64,000 nt of DNA, from assembly GCA_963787835.1 (NCBI GenBank), contig CAWBEI010000002.1, positions 1,824,001-1,888,000 of the forward strand, written 5' to 3'. Both the position numbers and the translations under genes were made by a program. Below are positions 21,936 to 30,946 of the stretch, in pieces (within the stretch, counting starts at the first letter, position 1; each line of letters opens with the position of its first letter). Below the pieces are notes generated by a model. The model saw only the letters and a program-made list of their open reading frames with translations. It was not told where the DNA came from and did no database searches. The DNA comes from Ignavibacteriota bacterium. Lineage in GTDB: Bacteria; Bacteroidota; Ignavibacteria; Palsa-1295.

Positions 21936-22631
21936 ATGTCCTTCAGCAACATTCAATCAAAAAACATCAGAGATCTCGTCATCGTCCGCGACAAAAGCGT
22001 TGATTCCCGGTACAAAAACGGCGAAAAGACCGCCATTACCGATTTTATCGAGGACTACATGAATGGCCGGGTGGACATCACCTGTGATTTTCAGGACCTG
22101 ATCCGCAACCGGACGCTTTTCTTCAAATATGCTTTCGTAAATCATCACCTGAAATTTCTTTTCTCGCGATTTATTCCAGAAGTGACCATTCACTCGGCGA
22201 AACAGGATGAGCGGGTCATTCGCAGTCATTACGATCGTGGTAACGATTTCTTCGGTGGATTTTTGGGCGAGCGTATGATCTATACCTCCGCCTTTTTTAA
22301 GACCGGATTGGAAGATCTCGAAACGGCACAGGACCAAAAACTCGATCTCGTGTGCCAGAAGCTTCAGCTTAAACCGGGCGAGAAACTGCTCGACATCGGC
22401 TGCGGATGGGGTACGCTTGCAGCGCACTCTGCAAAATATTACGGCACCGATTCGACCGGTATCACTATCGCGCAAAAAGGCGCGGACTACGCGAACGACC
22501 AGATCAAGCGATGGGGCGTCGCCGATCATGCGCGCGTGTTGCGCATGGATTATCGTTCCATCCCTGCCGCGAAGTACGATAAGATATCCTGCCTTGAAAT
22601 GGCCGAGCACGTCGGTGTGAAATACTTCCAG
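21936..22631 (+). CDS. Cfa-family SAM-dependent lipid methyltransferase, truncated at the junction
   Basis: HYDRGNDFF, MIYTS, LLDIGCGWG, CLEMAEHVG. Homology stops after KYFQ, exactly where base composition jumps. Confidence 0.85.
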
Positions 22632-22640
22632 AGGCCGCGC
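22625..22640. other. Abrupt compositional junction (probable chimera)
   Basis: Moderate-GC sequence switches to very GC-rich sequence inside a gene; no integrase, IS end or att repeat is visible. Confidence 0.85.
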
Positions 22641-22730
22641 GGCCAGTCGTCGATCGCGCGACGCGGCGAGTCGCGGTGGCGTCGACGCGGAGCCGCATCG
22701 CCGGCCGGCGAGCGCCAAGGCTCGCTTCAT
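22632..22730 (-). CDS. 5' fragment of a probable exported protein, cut by the junction
   Basis: MKRALALAG...CGSASTPP, preceded by TAGATT-N7-ATG like other starts in the GC-rich half. Confidence 0.4.
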
Positions 22731-22759
22731 GGCCCGGAATCTACTAGCTTCGGCGCGGC

Positions 22760-24232
22760 ATGAGCGTGGGCAACAGCGAGGAGATCCTTCACGCCGACGG
22801 GCGCGTCGAGCTGCGCGATCCGGAGGCGCTGCGCGCGTCGTCGCTGTTCAACGAGGACCTCGCGCCGGTCGCGGTCGCGCGCCGCACGTGGTCGACGTGG
22901 GACTACGCCGCGCTGTGGATCTCGATGGCGCACTGCATCCCGACCTACAAGATGGCGTCGGGGCTGATCGCGAGCGGCATGGCGTGGTGGCAAGCGCTGC
23001 TCACCATCTTGCTCGGCAACTTGATCGTGCTCGCGCCGATCCTGCTCAACTCGCATCCCGGCACGAAGTACGGCATCCCGTTCCCGGTGTTCGCGCGAGC
23101 CGCGTACGGCACCGCCGGCTCGAACCTGCCGGCGCTGATGCGCGCGGTCGTCGCGTGCGGCTGGTTCGGCATCAACACGTGGATCGGCGGCCAGGCGCTG
23201 CACACGTTCTTCGTGTCGATCTATCCGCCGTGGCAGAACCTGATCGGCGACCTCGACGGCTTCCCGGGCACGCAGTGGATCGCGTTCCTGCTGTTCTGGG
23301 GGCTCAACATCCTGATCATCTTCCGCGGCATGGACGTGCTCCGCCGCGTCGAGCGCTTCGCGGCGCCGTTCGTGCTCGTGATGACCGCGGTGCTCGTGTA
23401 CTGGGCGATCGATCGCGCGGATGGGCTGGGGCCGATCATGTCGCAGACCGGGTTCACCGGCGAAGGGAGCTTCTGGGCGGTGTTCATCCCGTCGCTGACC
23501 GCGACGATCGGCTTCTGGTCGACGCTGTCGCTCAACATGCCGGACTTCACGCGCTTCGGCCGCTCGCAGAAGGAGCAAGCGGTCGGGCAGGTGATCGCGC
23601 TGCCGACGACGATGACCGGCTTCGCGGCGATGGGCATCGTGATCACGTCCGCGACCGTCATCATCTTTCACAAACCGATCGCGGATCCGATCGAGCTCGC
23701 GTCGCATTTTTCGGATCGCCTGATCGTCGGCATCGCGATGTTCACGGTCGTGATCGCGACGCTCGCGGTCAACATCGCGGCCAACGTCGTCTCGCCCGCG
23801 AACGACTTCGCGAACGCGTTTCCGCGCGTGATCGACTTCAAGCGCGGCGGCCTCATCACGGGCCTCGTCGGCATCGCGATGATGCCGTGGGAGCTGCTCA
23901 AGGACGAGCACAGCTACATCCTCGGCTGGCTGGTCGGCTACTCCGGCTCGCTCGGCGCGGTCGCGGGCGTGCTGATCGTCGACTACTGGCTCATCCGCAA
24001 GACCAAGCTCGACCTCGCGGCGCTGTACTCGCGCGACGGGGTCTATCGCTACGACGGCGGCTGGAACCTGGCCGCGGTCGTCGCGACGTTGCTCGGCGCC
24101 GGGGCGGCGCTCGCCGGCGCGTTCGTGCCGCCGCTGCACTTCTTGTATGACTGGTCGTGGTTCGTCGGCTTCTTCCTGGCCGGCGGTATGTACTGGGCGC
24201 TGATGCAGTCGCAGCGCCTACATTCTCGCTGA
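22760..24232 (+). CDS. NCS1 nucleobase:cation symporter (uracil/hydantoin/dihydropyrimidine permease)
   Basis: About 12 hydrophobic segments; GIPFPVFARAAYG, ACGWFGI, NMPDFTRF, NIAANVVSP. Confidence 0.92.
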   Translation: MSVGNSEEILHADGRVELRDPEALRASSLFNEDLAPVAVARRTWSTWDYAALWISMAHCIPTYKMASGLIASGMAWWQALLTILLGNLIVLAPILLNSHPGTKYGIPFPVFARAAYGTAGSNLPALMRAVVACGWFGINTWIGGQALHTFFVSIYPPWQNLIGDLDGFPGTQWIAFLLFWGLNILIIFRGMDVLRRVERFAAPFVLVMTAVLVYWAIDRADGLGPIMSQTGFTGEGSFWAVFIPSLTATIGFWSTLSLNMPDFTRFGRSQKEQAVGQVIALPTTMTGFAAMGIVITSATVIIFHKPIADPIELASHFSDRLIVGIAMFTVVIATLAVNIAANVVSPANDFANAFPRVIDFKRGGLITGLVGIAMMPWELLKDEHSYILGWLVGYSGSLGAVAGVLIVDYWLIRKTKLDLAALYSRDGVYRYDGGWNLAAVVATLLGAGAALAGAFVPPLHFLYDWSWFVGFFLAGGMYWALMQSQRLHSR

Positions 24233-24335
24233 GGACGGGAGTCCCAAGCGGCTGGACCTGTGGGCTGCGTGCCACGATCCGATCGTCGGGAATCTGCACC
24301 CGCGACGAAGGATCAAGGTGATCGTGAGGCCAGAG

Positions 24336-24355
24336 CGAGGCACGATGAGTGCACT
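24336..24355 (+). promoter_or_regulatory. Sigma54-type -24/-12 motif for pseudokinase 1
   Basis: GG(24339-40)-CACGATGAGT-GC(24351-52); ATG begins 16 nt after the C. Confidence 0.6.
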
Positions 24356-24367
24356 ACGCAAATGTCG

Positions 24368-25377
24368 ATGACCGAATCTCAACCCGGCGATCGCATGGCG
24401 CCGGGCGTTCGCGTCGGGGACTACATCATCCAGTCCGAGCTGCGTGTCGAGGACACGGGGGTGGTCTACGAGGCGACGCACGTGGTGCTGCCGCGCCGGG
24501 TCGCGCTCAAGATCATGCATCGCGATCCGTGGCTGCGCGAGATGGCGGTGCAGATCGTGCGCGAGGCGTGCGTGCTCGAGGGACTCGACCATCCCGGCAT
24601 CCCGCGCGTGTTCGAGTGCGGCTTGCTCTCGGATCGCAGCCCGTGGATCGCGATGGAGCGCATGGACGGGGTGACCGTCGCCGAGGCGGTCGGCGGCAAC
24701 AGCATGCTGAGCGTGCCCGAGGTCATCTACCTGTTGCGCGACGCCGCCGAGATCCTCGCGAGCGCGCACAAGGCCGGCGTCATCCATCGCATGGTCACCG
24801 CCACGAACCTCGTGCGCACCGCCGGGCGAAAGTTTCCCTATTCGCTGCGCAACTGGTCGGACGCGTACAACCTCGAGGTCGAGCTCGACGGCGTGGTGCC
24901 CGCGGGCCTGGTCGACGAGCGCGACGACGTTCACGCGCTCGGCGCGATCGCGTTTCGCGCGCTGACCGGCGAGCTCGCGGGCGCCGGCGAATCGTCCGCA
25001 GGCATGCGCCCGATGGCGCCGACCGAGCTGACCGAGCTGATCGATCAGATGATCGGACCGAGCGCGAGCAGCGACCGACCGCAGCCGACGTCTGGGAGCG
25101 CGCGACGCAGATCGCGCAGGCGATCGAGCTGATCCCGGCGCTCACGCAGATCGACAAGCCGCGGTGGACGCCCGCGTACGGCCTGTCGCCGGATCGCATG
25201 CCGTCGAAGACGCAGCCGCCGTCGATGTCGTCGACGATGACGGTGAGCGGCGCGACCGCGGCGCCAGCTGCGCCGGCCCCGGTCGTCGCGGCGGCTGTCG
25301 CGCCTGCGCCGGAGGCCGAGCCCGCGGTGCCGCGCACGTTGTCCGAGCTCGAAGTGCGCTTCAAGTCGCGCTCGTAG
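24368..25377 (+). CDS. Ser/Thr kinase-like pseudokinase 1 (frameshift ~25060)
   Basis: VALK and REACVLEGLDHPGIP retained; HRD replaced by HRM and DFG by NWS; tail with KPRWTP in the shifted frame. Confidence 0.75.
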
Positions 25378-25483
25378 GGTCTGGCGACCAGGCAGGGTCG
25401 GCTGTCCCGATCCGCGGCCGGGTCTGCGTGCCTCGGCCTCGCGACTATGTCTGCGCCACTGCTCGCGCGATCCGCGTCGCGCG

Positions 25484-25503
25484 CGAGGCATGGCGAGTGC
25501 ACT
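25484..25503 (+). promoter_or_regulatory. Sigma54-type -24/-12 motif for pseudokinase 2
   Basis: GG(25487-88)-CATGGCGAGT-GC(25499-500); ATG begins 16 nt after the C. Confidence 0.6.
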
Positions 25504-25515
25504 TGCCGGTGATCG

Positions 25516-26507
25516 ATGCGAATCGCGATCGGCAGCCGCCTCGGCAACTATCGCGTCGCGCGCGAGCTCGGCGCGACCGCGACCGGCATGTTGTACGCCG
25601 CCGAGCACGTCGTGTTGCCGCGTCGCGCGCTGATCGAATCGCGCACGCCGCGCTCCCCGGCAGCTCGGTGCCGATGTTGCGCGAGGCGTGCATCCTCGAG
25701 GCGCTGCGCCACGCCGGCCTGCCGGCGGTCTACGAGTCCGGCCTCCTCGCCGACGATCGGCCGTGGTTCGCGTTCGAGGACGTCTGCGGCGAGCGGCTGT
25801 CCGAGGCGCTCGCGCGCGGGCCGCTGCGTCCGATCGAGGTCGCGCGGCTGATCCGCGACGTCGCGCGCGTGCTCGAGCACGCGCATCGCCGCGGCGTCGT
25901 GCATGGCGCGCTGCGTCCCGAGCGCATCGTGCTGACCGGCGCCGGCCGCGGCTTCGCGGTGTGCATCACGGAGTGGGGCAGCGCGCGCACGTACGACGCC
26001 GCGCCGGCAATCCCGCACCTGCCGACGCCGGGCTCGCGCGCGTACCTCGCCCCCGAAGCGCAGCGCGGTGACGCGATCGACGATCGCGCCGATATCTACG
26101 CGCTGGGCCTGCTCGCGTGCCAGGCGCTGACCGGCTCGTTGCCGGCCGCGACGTTGCCGCTGACCGTGCGCGAGCGCTGTCCGCGCGCGCCGCGCGAGCT
26201 CGCGATCGTGATCGACCAGATGCTCGCGCACGATCGCTTCGATCGGCCGAGCAGCGCCGAGGTGCTCGGCGACATCGCGTGGGTCACCGAGGGCGCCGAG
26301 GCGCTGCAGGATCTGCCCGCCGTCGCCGAGGTCGAGCTCGTCGATATCGACGACGCGGTCGACGCCGATGCCGAGGCCGACGCGATCGCCGCCGCCGCCG
26401 AGCCGCCGCTGCGCATCCGCAAGCCGCGCTGGACCCCGAACGGCATGGCGACGTTCGCGATCAGCGAGCTCGAGCGCGAGCAGCAGCGCGCGCGCGGCCG
26501 CAGCTGA
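25516..26507 (+). CDS. Ser/Thr kinase-like pseudokinase 2 (frameshift ~25635)
   Basis: GNYRVARELG, REACILEALRH; HRD replaced by HGA and DFG by EWG; YLAPE and DIYALG retained; RIRKPRWTP tail. Confidence 0.75.
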
Positions 26508-26588
26508 CGCTCGGGTGCGTCGACCCTCCTCGCGCGAGCCCGGGCCTGTGCACCCTAGCCTCAACTGCGCGACTCGCCTCGATCCGCG

Positions 26589-26608
26589 CGGGGCACGCAG
26601 CGTGCACT
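26589..26608 (+). promoter_or_regulatory. Sigma54-type -24/-12 motif for pseudokinase 3
   Basis: GG(26592-93)-CACGCAGCGT-GC(26604-05); ATG begins 16 nt after the C. Confidence 0.6.
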
Positions 26609-26620
26609 AGCGACCGTGCG

Positions 26621-27403
26621 ATGAGCCACCACGGACGGGGAGCGGTGATCGGCGACTACACGATCGAGGCCGAGGTCTCGCAGTCGCGGACGGCGTGGAC
26701 CTACGAAGCGACGCACGCGCGGCTCGGCCGGCGCGTCGCGCTGAAGATGATGCCGCCGCTGCAGGCGTTTCGCGGCGCGAAGCAGCAGTTCCTGCGCGAG
26801 GCCGACGTGCTCGATCGCCTGCGCCATCCCGGCATCGCGCGCGTGTACGACTGCGGCGCACTGCCCGACGGCCGCGCGTGGTTCGCGCTCGACCGCGCGA
26901 CCGGCCCGTCGCTCGCCGAGGTCATCGCGAGCGGCGCGCGCGTCGATCCGCTGCGCGTGATCCTCGAGCTCGCGTCGATCATCGAGCACGCGCATCGTCA
27001 GGGCCTCGCGCACCGCAACCTGCGCGCCGACGCGATCGTGTGCGGCACCGATCCGCGCGGCCCGGCGCTGCGCATCGACGACTGGTCGCAGTCGCGCGAG
27101 CTCCTGACCGCGCCGTCGGATGCGACCGCGGATGTCCACGCGCTCGGCGTCATCGCGTTCCAGTGCCTGTCGGGCGTGATGGCGTTCGGTGCCGCGCCGC
27201 CCGCGCTGAACGGCGTGTCGGCCGCGGACCGGTTTCCGCGCGCATCGCGCCTGCTCACCGCGATCATCGATCGCATGCTGGTGAACGACGTCCGCGCGCG
27301 GCCGTCGATCGGCGAGGTCCGCGAGGCCGCGCTCGCGCTGGTCGCGGCCCAGGTGCGCGCACCGGCCGCGGGCAGCGACACGCGCTCCGCGATCGGGCGA
27401 TGA
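26621..27403 (+). CDS. Ser/Thr kinase-like pseudokinase 3
   Basis: RRVALK, FLREADVLDRLRHPGI; HRD replaced by HRN and DFG by DWS; DVHALG. Confidence 0.8.
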   Translation: MSHHGRGAVIGDYTIEAEVSQSRTAWTYEATHARLGRRVALKMMPPLQAFRGAKQQFLREADVLDRLRHPGIARVYDCGALPDGRAWFALDRATGPSLAEVIASGARVDPLRVILELASIIEHAHRQGLAHRNLRADAIVCGTDPRGPALRIDDWSQSRELLTAPSDATADVHALGVIAFQCLSGVMAFGAAPPALNGVSAADRFPRASRLLTAIIDRMLVNDVRARPSIGEVREAALALVAAQVRAPAAGSDTRSAIGR

Positions 27404-27410
27404 TCGGCGG

Positions 27411-28067
27411 ATGCTCCGCATCACCATCGCGATCGTCGCGTGCGCCGCGTGCGCCGCGTGCGCCAAGGACAACCTGCCCGTGCAGATCGGCTCGGCCGCG
27501 GGCAGCGCGGTCGGCGCGGTCTCGGCCGCCGACCCCGGCCCGGCGTCGCTGACGACGCTGCCGCTGGTCGATCTCGTCGGCTATCTGACCGGCAATTACC
27601 ACACGAGCAGCAACAACCCCGCGATGTACCTCGATCGCGATCGCAAGCTGTTCGTCATGATGGGCAAGCACGGCAAGGCGGAGCTGCCGAGCGCGGATCC
27701 GCTGGCCGCGACCGCCGCGTTCGAGACGTTCCTGCTGGCGCACGGCTACGCGGTGAACCACAAGGCGGTGACGGACGACACGCACCCGAGGGTGATGGTC
27801 GGGAGCCAGGAGATGGTCGTGATGACGACCGACGAGCTGTTCCCCGAGATGCCGGCCGAGCTCAAGGCGCACTTCTCGCCGGCGCAGTACGAGAAGCTCT
27901 ACAAGACCGCGACGAACCAGGGCATGGACATCGTCGCGACCCGCGCGCCGGTGATCTGGGCGTACACGCACTCGCTGGTCGTGGTCGGCCCGGGCGCGAA
28001 GAGCCAGGAGTTCTCCGTCGACCGCGCCGATGCCGCGTTCGCCGCGTTCCGCGCGCTCGCGAAGTAG
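27411..28067 (+). CDS. Hypothetical lipoprotein
   Basis: Signal peptide ending CAAC, GSAAGSA linker; codon usage matches the GC-rich half. Confidence 0.65.
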   Translation: MLRITIAIVACAACAACAKDNLPVQIGSAAGSAVGAVSAADPGPASLTTLPLVDLVGYLTGNYHTSSNNPAMYLDRDRKLFVMMGKHGKAELPSADPLAATAAFETFLLAHGYAVNHKAVTDDTHPRVMVGSQEMVVMTTDELFPEMPAELKAHFSPAQYEKLYKTATNQGMDIVATRAPVIWAYTHSLVVVGPGAKSQEFSVDRADAAFAAFRALAK

Positions 28068-28068
28068 C

Positions 28069-28437
28069 TCAGCGGCCCATGCGGCGCTTGAGCTCGGCGA
28101 GCTCGTCGTCGATGCGCGTCGCCTTCACTTCGCGTTCGCGCGCGACCTCGGCGGCGGACTTCTCCGGCTTCGGCTTGACCGGCGCGGCGGGCGTGGCTGC
28201 TTTGACCGGCGCGGCCGCGGCGGGTGCGTCCTTCAGGTCGAACGTGTCGCCGCAGCGCGAGCAGCGAAATGCGCGCTCGGTGTCGCTGACGACATCGACC
28301 CAGAACACGCCGTAGCTCTCCGTGATCTCGACCTCGTCGAAGGTCGCGTGATGTCCGCATTCCGGACACTCGGCGGCGAACGACTGGCCGCCGCGCACGA
28401 TCTTCGTCTTCGCGTTCGACGTGAACAGGAGCCGCAT
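28069..28437 (-). CDS. Zinc-ribbon protein with C-terminal helical tail
   Basis: CPEC...CSRC; ends RIDDELAELKRRMGR; TAGGCT-N7-ATG upstream. Confidence 0.7.
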   Translation of the reverse strand: MRLLFTSNAKTKIVRGGQSFAAECPECGHHATFDEVEITESYGVFWVDVVSDTERAFRCSRCGDTFDLKDAPAAAAPVKAATPAAPVKPKPEKSAAEVAREREVKATRIDDELAELKRRMGR

Positions 28438-28467
28438 CGCCGCGAGCCTAGCAGAGCGCGCGCGCGG

Positions 28468-28899
28468 TCACTCGTATTTCCACGTGGTCCAGGTCGCGCG
28501 ATGCCGTTCGAGCTCGTCGAGCGGGACGGCGCGCCCGAAGCGGATGCTCTCGTTGCCGCGGTTGAACCACAGCCCGCGTTTACTCGGACGTAACAAGATC
28601 TTCTTGAGCCGGATGGTCGCGCTTCCCGCGTCCCACCGCCGTCCGGACAGCCCGGCGATCAACTTGGCGACCTGCGCGTCGAGCGGGCCGTTCGCGAGCT
28701 TGGCAATCACGCGCTCCGGCGGGATCTTGGTCGCGCCGACGGTGACGAACCCGGCGACGCCCCACGCAACCTCGCCCGCGAGGTTCTTGCTGCGCTCGGT
28801 CGGGATGAACGCGACGTACTGCGGCGTCGCGACCGCCACGCCGCGGCCGGCGTTCAGGCCCTGGACCCACCATCCCGACTCGATCAGCGCGCCCTGCAT
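28468..28899 (-). CDS. Hypothetical protein
   Basis: 143 aa ORF with globular, non-shadow composition that fills the gap between neighbouring genes. Confidence 0.5.
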   Translation of the reverse strand: MQGALIESGWWVQGLNAGRGVAVATPQYVAFIPTERSKNLAGEVAWGVAGFVTVGATKIPPERVIAKLANGPLDAQVAKLIAGLSGRRWDAGSATIRLKKILLRPSKRGLWFNRGNESIRFGRAVPLDELERHRATWTTWKYE

Positions 28900-28959
28900 G
28901 CAGGCCGTGTAGCAAGATTGCGGACGCCGTGCACGCGCCGCGCGCGAATACGATCCGAC

Positions 28960-29268
28960 CTAGTGCGTCGCGCTGCCGGTGCCGCTGCCGCCGCCGCCGC
29001 CGCTTCCGCCGCCGTGGCGCCCGCTACCGCGCGCCGGCCGGCACACCAGCGCGGCGCCGCTGCCGGTGTTATCGCGCGGCACCTCGCACGTGCCCTTGAG
29101 CGTGCGGTCGCCTCGCCCCGTGAACGTGCACGCGTCGCCTTGCTTGGACTTGGCGCACGCATCGAACGCGGCTTGCGGAGGTGTCCACTTCGGCTTGTCT
29201 GCGAGCGCCAGACCAGCCCCGGAGCCGAGCAACGAGATCGCGACGAGCGAGCGAACCGAGAACGTCAT
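28960..29268 (-). CDS. Small secreted Cys-containing protein (PPQAAFDAC...GDACTF...GTC...LVCRP)
   Basis: Signal peptide ending ALA, four Cys, Gly/Ser tail. Confidence 0.7.
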   Translation of the reverse strand: MTFSVRSLVAISLLGSGAGLALADKPKWTPPQAAFDACAKSKQGDACTFTGRGDRTLKGTCEVPRDNTGSGAALVCRPARGSGRHGGGSGGGGGSGTGSATH

Positions 29269-29299
29269 GCGCACAGCCTGACGGACGCGCAGCCAGAAC

Positions 29300-29317
29300 A
29301 TGTTGCGCAGATGTTGC
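29300..29317 (-). promoter_or_regulatory. Direct repeat GCAACAT x2 with 11-bp period (OmpR/PhoB-type operator candidate)
   Basis: ATGTTGC at 29300-29306 and 29311-29317, upstream of the ATG at 29268. Confidence 0.35.
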
Positions 29318-29342
29318 CGCGTATTTCAGCGCGGCGTCTCGC

Positions 29343-30845
29343 TCAGCGGTTCGTCGGGAATCCGAGATCGACGCCGCGGTGCCTGGGCTCGGGCCAGCGC
29401 GACGTCACCGCCTTGGTGCGCGTGTAGAACTGCACGCCGTCGCGGCCGTAGATGTGGAGGTCGCCGAACAGCGACGCCTTCCAGCCGCCGAACGAGAAGT
29501 ACGCCATCGGCACCGGAATCGGCACGTTGATGCCGACCATGCCGACCTCGACCTCGTGCTGGAACTTGCGCGCCGCGCCGCCGTCGTTCGTGAAGATCGC
29601 GACGCCGTTCGCGTACGGGTTCTTGTTGATCAGCGCGATCGCGTCGTCGTAGCTCGCGACGCGCGTGACGCCGAGCACCGGGCCGAAGATCTCGTCCTTG
29701 TAGATCGACATCGCCGGCGTGACGTGATCGAACAGGCTCGGGCCGAGGAAGAATCCGCCCGCGCCGCGGCCGCCGACCTTGAGCGTGCGGCCATCGCTGA
29801 CGAGCGTCGCGCCCTCGGCGACGCCGGCATCGACGTAGCCCGCGATGCGATCGCGTGCTTGCTTCGTGATGATCGGGCCCATCTCGCTGGTCGCGTCGCT
29901 GCCGTCGCCGACGCGCAGCTTCGCGATGCGCTCGCGCATGAGCGGGATCAGGCGATCCGCGGCGCTGCCGACCGCGACGACCACCGAGATCGCCATGCAG
30001 CGCTCGCCGGCCGAGCCAAAGCCCGCCGACACCGCCGCGTCCGCCGCGAGCTCCATGTCCGCGTCGGGCAGCACGATCATGTGGTTCTTGGCGCCGCCGA
30101 GCGCCTGCACGCGCTTGCCGTGCTTGGTGCCGGTCTCGTAGATGTACTGCGCGATCGGCGTCGAGCCGACGAACGACACCGCGGCCACCTTCGGGTGCTC
30201 GAGCAAGCGGTCGACCGCGACCTTGTCGCCGTGCACGACGTTGAGCACGCCCGCGGGCAAGCCGGCGTCCGCGAGCAGCTGCGCGCAGAACATCGAGCAC
30301 GATGGATCGCGCTCGCTCGGCTTGAGCACGAACGTGTTGCCGCACGCGATCGCGAGCGGGTACATCCACATCGGGACCATCGCGGGGAAGTTGAACGGCG
30401 TGATGCCGGCGACGACGCCGAGCGGCTGGCGGAGCGAATAGGTATCGACCTCGGTCGACACGTTCTCGCTGTGCTCGCCCTTCTGCAGATCGGCGATGCC
30501 GCACGCGAACTCGATGACCTCGAGGCCGCGCTGCACCTCGCCCATCGCGTCGGCGGTGACCTTGCCGTGCTCGCTCGTGAGCAGCGCGGCGATCTCGTTC
30601 GCGTGCTTGTGGACGAGCTCGCGGAATCCGAACATGACCTTGGTGCGCTTCGCGATCGACGCGCTGCGCCAGGTCAGCGACGCGCGCACGGCCGACTCGA
30701 CCGCCTCGTCGACCACCGCCGGGGTCGCCATCGCGACCTTCGCCTGGACCTCGCCGGTCGCGGGGTTGAACACGTCGCCGCTGCGCTCCGCGGTGCGCTC
30801 GTATGCCTTGCCGTCGATCCAGTGCGAGATCGTCTTCGTCGCCAT
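29343..30845 (-). CDS. mmsA: CoA-acylating (methyl)malonate-semialdehyde dehydrogenase
   Basis: ITPFNFPAMVP, LKPSERDP, FVGST, GGAKNH, AGERCMA, EIFGPV, GINVPIPVP. Confidence 0.93.
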   Translation of the reverse strand: MATKTISHWIDGKAYERTAERSGDVFNPATGEVQAKVAMATPAVVDEAVESAVRASLTWRSASIAKRTKVMFGFRELVHKHANEIAALLTSEHGKVTADAMGEVQRGLEVIEFACGIADLQKGEHSENVSTEVDTYSLRQPLGVVAGITPFNFPAMVPMWMYPLAIACGNTFVLKPSERDPSCSMFCAQLLADAGLPAGVLNVVHGDKVAVDRLLEHPKVAAVSFVGSTPIAQYIYETGTKHGKRVQALGGAKNHMIVLPDADMELAADAAVSAGFGSAGERCMAISVVVAVGSAADRLIPLMRERIAKLRVGDGSDATSEMGPIITKQARDRIAGYVDAGVAEGATLVSDGRTLKVGGRGAGGFFLGPSLFDHVTPAMSIYKDEIFGPVLGVTRVASYDDAIALINKNPYANGVAIFTNDGGAARKFQHEVEVGMVGINVPIPVPMAYFSFGGWKASLFGDLHIYGRDGVQFYTRTKAVTSRWPEPRHRGVDLGFPTNR

Positions 30846-30877
30846 GCGCGTTGCCGTACCACGCGGCCGGCGCGAGC

Positions 30878-30889
30878 GAAAACGTTTTC
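30878..30889. promoter_or_regulatory. LacI/PurR-type palindromic operator between divergent mmsA and preA
   Basis: Perfect AT-rich palindrome GAAAACGTTTTC in a very GC-rich background. Confidence 0.55.
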
Positions 30890-30946
30890 CGAGGCGTTGG
30901 TGAATCGTGGTTGATGGCCCGGCGGAGCCGGTGGTAAGCCACCTCC

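Noticed and set aside
21936-22763. 275-aa methyltransferase with a novel Arg-rich tail
   Set aside because: The tail is read-through across the junction into unrelated DNA.
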